From positions 7,254,001-7,318,000 of the forward strand of contig OZ249450.1 of the NCBI GenBank assembly GCA_965235115.1: 64,000 nucleotides of DNA, written 5' to 3'. A model generated the notes under the pieces. The model made no database searches. It saw nothing but the letters and a program-made list of their open reading frames with translations, and was not told where the DNA came from. The position numbers were made by a program, and so were the translations under genes. Below are positions 59,101 to 64,000 of this stretch, one piece after another. Source of the DNA: Laetmonice hystrix. Lineage: Eukaryota. Positions within the stretch are counted from its first letter, which is position 1; every line of letters begins with the position of its first letter.

Positions 59101-62100
59101 ATGTCGTATTTATCTAATGGTCCCTGGTCATAGGAAATCAGCCCAGACAATGTCATCACTGGTCCCTGGCCATAGGAAATCGACCCAGACAATGTAATCA
59201 ATGGTCCCTGGCCATAGGAAATCGACCCAGACAATGTAATCAATGGTCCCTGGCCATAGGAAATCGACCCAGACAATGTAATCAATGGTCCCTGGCCATA
59301 GGAAATCGACCCAGACAATGTAATCAATGGCCCCTGGCCATAGGAAATCGACCCAGACAATGTCATCACTGGTCCCCGGCCATAGGAAATCGACCCAGAC
59401 AATGTCGTCAATGGCCCCTGGCCATAGGAAATCGACCCTGACAATGTCGTATTTATCTAATGGTCCCTGGTCATAGGAAATCAGCCCAGACAATGTCATC
59501 ACTGGTCCCTGGCCATAGGAAATCGACCCAGACAATGTAATCAATGGTCCCTGGCCATAGGAAATCGACCCAGACAATGTAATCAATGGTCCCTGGCCAT
59601 AGGAAATCGACCCAGACAATGTAATCAATGGTCCCTGGCCATAGGAAATCGACCCAGACAATGTCGTCAATGATCCCTGGTCATAGGAAATCGACCCAGA
59701 CAATGTCGTCAATGATCCCTGGTCATAGGAAATCGACCCAGACAATGTCATCAGTGGTCCCTTGTCATAGGAAATCGACCCAGACAATGTAATCAATGAT
59801 CCCTGGTCATAGGAAATCGACCCAGACAATGTAATCAATGGTCCCTGGCGATAGGAAATCGACCCAGATATAAGAACAAACTTATGCTAGAAAAAATCAT
59901 CTCGGACAAGAATGCGAAGAGGTCTATTTGATAGCTTTGAACCTCTATACAATACTGTATGGATAATGTTTATGAAATGGAACATTAATGGCATGCTCTG
60001 CATTATGAACAATCCTGCACAATTGTATGGTCGTCTGAGTGAAAAAAAAACAAACCAAAACCAGCTCTACCACCTAACCTGACACCTACCGTACTACAGC
60101 TGAGACCTACAGTATTTCAGCTGGCTTTGGTGGGTGTAACCCCTCCCCCCCCCCAATCTGTCCCTGGCATGCGATGGGGGCTTGTGGAAACTCTGGCGGA
60201 CACTGAGACCTCACCAGTGTCATTGCGTCCATAATAACACCGAAAGCTCTATCTACAGATTCTCTAATAGTAATACCGAAAATAAACAATTATGTTGACA
60301 TCATGGAACCAACACGTTTACAACTGAGGGATCATCAAATTGTGGTATTAAATACAAATATCTAGTGTACATGGATAAAAATAGAAAATGGTGCAACTTG
60401 ATTTTTTTCTACAGTGCACACTATAAAAGACATAAAAGGGACAGTTTTCATTGAGACCTTTTGTTTTAGTCATGTCCTTCACAGAGCAGATTTCTTTCTA
60501 TAAGACGAGTTTATTCACTGTAGCTCTTCTTAATACTATATTATTGTTTTATTAGTTGTCATACTTCTTAATAAGTCAAGTAAAATATTACAGGTGTGTT
60601 CTTATTATTCTACTACATTGTATAAGCATACCGGGTAAAACTAGGATGTTATTACCAATGTCCCTGTGAATTTTCCATGGGTAAGTCCAGACTACTGTCT
60701 TTACTTATTAAAATCTATATTTTGGAGACTGAAGTTAAAGATTCAAGGCTTTATTCCTGCTTTTGGACTCGATTCGGCCCAGGGGTTGTGCAGCTCTGAG
60801 AAATCACAACATTTGAGCTACGACGATTGACAAAAGCTAAATACAAACAGTGCTCATAGATTGTGTTATTGGGGTCAGAGAAACAAGAAAACATTCACGG
60901 AAAATTCACACCTGTGTCTTATTGCATCTAGCGGTGTGCTTATTGTCTGAGCAGTGCCACTTGACCGCTAAGGTCTGCCTACCTGTTTTCTTTGTACTCT
61001 GAGGTAGAGTGATCGGTACAAGCCGTGGAGTGGCTGCGGGTGCGCTACTGGCGCCCCTAGTGGTGACTGTTGTCACCACTTCCCCGCCACCTTCCAAGGA
61101 CACCATTCACAAAGGTCATCAGCAATGAGGTTACTCAGTCCTAGCTTCTCGCATCATCAGTTACCCTACCAATCGGTAGTCAGTACTTCTACTCTACAGC
61201 TATTGATAGTAATGGTCCCAAATAGGTTTTCATGGTGCCTTTGCTATTTTGTATTGGGATTTTTATTGTGCAATGTCACATTGTACCATTATTTTAAGGT
61301 CTGTAATCTTTCATAACAGTGAATATTGTAATCATCTTTGGCTCATGTTTCAGTATCAAAGTTTGGTTACCGTTAACAACATTCTGGCCAGGTTTGGTGA
61401 CATTTAATTATTATTCTTCATGAAATCCTAGTTTCTTCTTGTGTTTGAAACAAAATCAAATCATAACATCTCAAATAATCAAAATCAAATATTTGTAATC
61501 TATTTTGGCCCTTTACATCAGATCCTGTCATGTAATGATGCTCACCTTCTTTGGGTGGTTTTGTTGTCGTGCTACCTGCTGTCAATGTAGTCGAAGTGTT
61601 AGCACCGTTAACATCTCCACCTCCACTCACAGATGAGATCTTCGTCTGTACGAGACCGGGAGAGAGAGAGAGAGTAAACTTTGATAATCACAGGTTATAA
61701 AGACAATAAGCGATCACATGAATTTTATTCTCTTTTGTTTAAGTACAAAATGTATAGAAACCTAGTCATAGTTCACCAAGTTCAAGATGATTCTTCTCCC
61801 TGATCCCGAGGAGGATTCTCAGTCTGGGGTAGCATAAACTAAAACATTTTACACCTCCTATGAAACATTCAAAGCAGGCACTGCTAACTCCAACCAAAAA
61901 ATACCAAAACATAATACATGTACCGCCTGATTGGTGACAAAAAGCCTTTACGCCCACCCACACCTGCTGAATCAGTCTCTTACAGTTCTATTTTCCACTC
62001 TATACACAAAAAGCTCAGTTTTGATGAGAACTTTCTGGTACAAGATCACAAAAACTAGATGTGGGAAGTTTGTGACCATTAATGCCGACTACCAACTCAC

Positions 62101-63679
62101 CATTGTATTTGGAAGAGTTGATGTGGAGCTGCCGATTATAGTTGTGGATGTGCCTGAGCCAGCAGCTCCTGCTGATGTGCTGGACGATGAAATAATCGAA
62201 CTTGTGGTGGTTGTTGTGGAGCTTTTTATGGGAGATTCTGGAGCCAATAAAACGACAATTTTATGTAAATTCTTATAATAAAACAGTTTTTTTTTCTCAA
62301 TTTCTTCCTCTCAAGATCTTGAGTGTCCCAGAGTTTTTGTAAAATACTGTGAGTTTTTCAGGTGCAACATTTTTCTACTTCACCATAAGTTTGAGGATCT
62401 CTATGGACCTAATGGAAACAGCAAAAAGTTTCTCAAATCAGATGTTCTGTCAGGCTTAAAGGGAGTCGTAAAATTCATTTTTTTCAATTTATGGCAGTCT
62501 TAGAAACATATGATTCGCATACCTTGGACTCCCAGTAACATCATGTGAGACTGTTATGGCCCAGCGACCAGTATTTAGTAAGGAAAATATGCCAAATCTC
62601 TCGCAAATCCGTAGCTCAGAATTAGCGAGCGGCCCACAGGATATTTGAGTTGGCCGCCATCGGGCGATGATGACGCGTGATCACGTGATTTCCGGGTGTA
62701 CATGCGGTATTTAGGTCAACACTAGACTAGAGGGAGATTCCCTTCCACACCCGGAAGTCACGTGATCACGCGTCATCATCGCCCGACCGCGGCCAACTCA
62801 AATATCCTGTGGGCCGCTCGCTAATTCTGAGCTACGTATTTGCGAGAGATTTGGCATATTTTCCTTACTAAATACTGGTCGCTGGGCCATAACAGTCTCA
62901 CATGATGTTACTGGGAGTCCAAGGTATGCGAATCATATGTTTCTAAGACTGCCATAAATCGAAAAAAATGAATTTTACGACTCCCTTTAAGAGATTCTTT
63001 CTCCGGATTCACACTTTTTTTTCCTTTCTTTTGCCTCCTCTGAGAAACATGGTTTCGTATGACCTGAAGGTCCACATCCTTCCTTGGCTACATGTCAAAA
63101 CTTCCTTCTAAAGCTAATTTAATGTTACAGTTAATCGTTCCTTTGCTAAATATCATTCTTTGCTATATGTCAATTGTTCCTTAGCTAAATGTTAATCTTG
63201 CTTGGCTACCGTATACATTGTACATGTATGTCAATCGTTCCTTACCTAATTTTATGTTAACCGTTCCTTAGCCAAATGGTACCGGTAATCATTCTTTAGC
63301 TATATGTCAATCGGTCCTTAGCTGAATGTTAATTGTTCCTTAGCTATATCAATCGTTCCTTCGCTAAATGTTAATCGTTCCTTAACTATATATAATTATA
63401 TGTCAATCCTTCTTTTGCTAAATGTAAATCCTTCCTTAGCTACAATGGAAGCAAACAACTAATCCAAGACAAATGACCTACCTGACGTGACGAGACACCA
63501 GCCAGTTTCCTGGTTCCGTAGGTAGCCCTGTGAACACAAACACCGACCAATACGAGATCGTGTGTTTTTGGGAACACATTCCTCATTTGTTTGACACTCA
63601 CCAACCAGGCCATATGTACATGTCTGGTCTGCTGGACGGGTCATGAATCCAACGGGTGTCGACGACAGGGTACGCTCAT
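33424..63679 (-). CDS. KIAA0319L: KIAA0319-like / AAV receptor-like type I membrane protein, 3' 22 coding exons (Cys-rich module, S/T-rich stalk, five PKD domains, C-terminal Cys region, TM helix, cytoplasmic tail); the 5' end lies beyond the window
   Basis: Phase-consistent GT-AG exons (minus): 63679-63482, 62237-62101, 61645-61546, 61090-60983, 47732-47631, 47327-47230, 47026-46939, 46755-46666, 44113-43972, 43823-43759, 43602-43442, 43247-43124, 42961-42829, 40971-40823, 40371-40220, 39926-39788, 39549-39479, 39369-39266, 38868-38723, 38259-38046 (or 38028), 37432-37341, 33563-33424. Hallmark peptides: KPLVVSAGNEKVLTLPENDISLSAYV, ETDYPPKANAG...LPQNSVTLYGNASTDDKGI, CQNNCSGHGHCDSHTKRC.C...WMEN...GESNCDWSILYV, KYT/RYTLLD-type tail, NSSLMISESDF. 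The four stalk exons are less certain. Confidence 0.93.
33833..33940. repeat. 18-bp tandem repeat x6
   Basis: Unit GTACCATCTGTGGTCAAA, in the last intron. Confidence 0.9.
34995..35138. repeat. 20-bp tandem repeat x7
   Basis: Unit AAATAATGTGATATCAACCT. Confidence 0.9.
36055..36430. repeat. 21-bp minisatellite, about 18 copies
   Basis: Unit CATGACCAACGTCTTGTGTTT. Confidence 0.95.
36909..37258. repeat. 70-bp minisatellite x5
   Basis: GAGAGGATTG recurs at 36911, 36981, 37051, 37121 and 37191. Confidence 0.95.
37471..37712. repeat. 23-bp minisatellite, about 10 copies
   Basis: Unit AAACTCAGATCTGCTAACGATAG. Confidence 0.92.
40453..40700. repeat. About 123-bp tandem duplication
   Basis: CCCGAGACGATGACCTTAGCTGACACAGCG occurs at about 40454 and 40577. 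Confidence 0.85.
41010..41990 (+). mobile_element. Degenerate CR1/L2-like LINE ORF2 fragment (RT and C-terminus), antisense to the host gene
   Basis: WIKSYLTNRLQRVQIN, YGVPQGSVLGPILF (shifted frame), LLYGDND, LQNRVLR and RANELWNTL. Confidence 0.8.
42145..42432. mobile_element. Palindromic MITE with about 85-bp imperfect arms
   Basis: TCTGCGTGGCGGCAGCACT...GACGAAATGCTAATCT mirrors AGATAGCATTTCGTCG...AGTGCTGACGCCACGCAGA. Confidence 0.6.
42635..42760. mobile_element. Short MITE
   Basis: TCACAAGCAAAGTCAAGTCA and TGACTTGACTTTGCTTGTGA form inverted ends. Confidence 0.55.
44190..46598. repeat. 48-bp minisatellite, about 50 copies, with a higher-order duplication
   Basis: Unit GTCAATGACACATTGAGGATAAGTCATATACCAACGGTAACACTCATC. 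Variant units recur at offsets of 908 and 956 bp. Confidence 0.97.
49061..49306 (-). other. Candidate intronic coding exon with a signal peptide (nested gene or alternative first exon)
   Basis: MVKRQNGLVAMAAGRAAAWTGLLWLPLMVTSVGNAWPAGQP...NTVCPSR is followed by an AGG|GTAAGT donor at 49061/49060. Confidence 0.4.
50835..52125. repeat. 36-bp minisatellite, over 30 copies
   Basis: Unit GAGTCGGCCTATCCCTGGGTGTGACTATCCCTGGTT; the edges are degenerate. Confidence 0.97.
52720..53410. repeat. 29/32-bp minisatellite with a 3' higher-order unit
   Basis: Unit ATCATCAGGATTGTATGCATGTAGGCCCACTT. The block CCGGTCATCAAGATGTAGGTCCACTTAGATCT repeats three times about 90 bp apart. Confidence 0.93.
53620..54080. 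repeat. 19-bp minisatellite, over 20 copies
   Basis: Unit CCGCCTCACCCCATGTCTG. Confidence 0.95.
55690..57542. mobile_element. Non-autonomous Kolobok-like element (TTAA TSD, about 115-bp TIRs)
   Basis: TTAA at 55686-55689 and 57543-57546. TIR GGACAAGTGCTAGTGTGAGGCCAAAAA...ATGATACCTCAC is mirrored at 57428-57542. Confidence 0.8.
56187..57395. mobile_element. Nested element with CAGGG ends and a 6-bp TSD (hAT-like)
   Basis: TIR CAGGGATGAAAGT / ACTTTCATCCCTG, with TTTCAA on both flanks (56181-56186, 57396-57401). Confidence 0.75.
58228..59870. repeat. 42-bp minisatellite, about 39 copies
   Basis: Unit GGCCATAGGAAATCGACCCAGACAATGTCATCAATGGTCCCT. A shared defective unit at 59101 and 59444 shows a 343-bp block duplication. 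Confidence 0.97.
62460..62986. mobile_element. Near-perfect palindromic MITE, Kolobok-like (TTAA TSD)
   Basis: TTAA at 62456-62459 and 62987-62990; ends AGGGAGTCG...CGACTCCCT; arms of about 240 bp with few mismatches. Confidence 0.88.
63100..63445. repeat. Degenerate 23-26-bp tandem repeat
   Basis: Recurring TTAGCTAAATGTTAATCGTTCC variants. Confidence 0.7.
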
Positions 63680-64000
63680 CTAGGACAGACCAAAAGGTGC
63701 ATAGTAAGCTAAGATAGAAAATAGAAGACAGATAGAGAAATGGTGGTTTTACACCGTGTAGGCGTCTAAGGCACTGGGGGATCCAGGCCCCCCTTAAATT
63801 TTCCTACCTCCCTTTTTTTAAAAGATGCATTATTCAGACCCGGAAACCAGTATTCCAACAAAATTCTTTAAAAAAAACAGCCTTCTTATATTGTACGTGA
63901 TAGTAACATGGGGCCCAAAAGGGCCTCCTCAGCCATCCAGGAGCAACATAACTCTGGGCCATGCAGCATTGAAATGGATCAAAAGGGGCCCAAAATGCGC

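Noticed and set aside
58202-59838. 200-300-aa ORFs (TLSGSISYGQGPL)n
   Set aside because: 42-bp intronic minisatellite.
1-64000. Functional link between the AAV-receptor-like gene and the neighbouring endogenous virus-like Polintons
   Set aside because: Only proximity supports it. The TE nest lies 5 kb or more beyond the stop codon, and the genome appears TE-rich throughout.

Overview
Animal (probably marine invertebrate) genomic DNA, not prokaryotic: no CRISPR, rRNA or tRNA genes are supported. The left 28 kb is a nest of mobile elements. It holds decayed Polinton/Maverick (adintovirus-like) genes in two related blocks (1-7020 and 21422-27215), a second diverged Polinton lineage (18516-20593), a Ginger/Gypsy-like integrase remnant, LINE fragments, solo LTRs, a SINE and several MITEs. 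The one intact element is an apparently young 6764-bp Ngaro-type tyrosine-recombinase retrotransposon (11752-18515, minus strand) with split direct repeats A1-body-B1-A2-B2 and intact gag, RT/RNase H and YR ORFs. It also has an intact SGNH hydrolase ORF placed upstream of gag. It inserted without a target duplication into a Polinton ORF that can be rebuilt in frame. The right 30 kb is the 3' part of a KIAA0319-like (AAVR) gene on the minus strand, with 22 phase-consistent coding exons (33424-63679). Its introns are packed with minisatellites and non-autonomous DNA transposons, and one holds a candidate nested signal-peptide exon. All coordinates were read by eye; family assignments come from motif recognition, not database searches.
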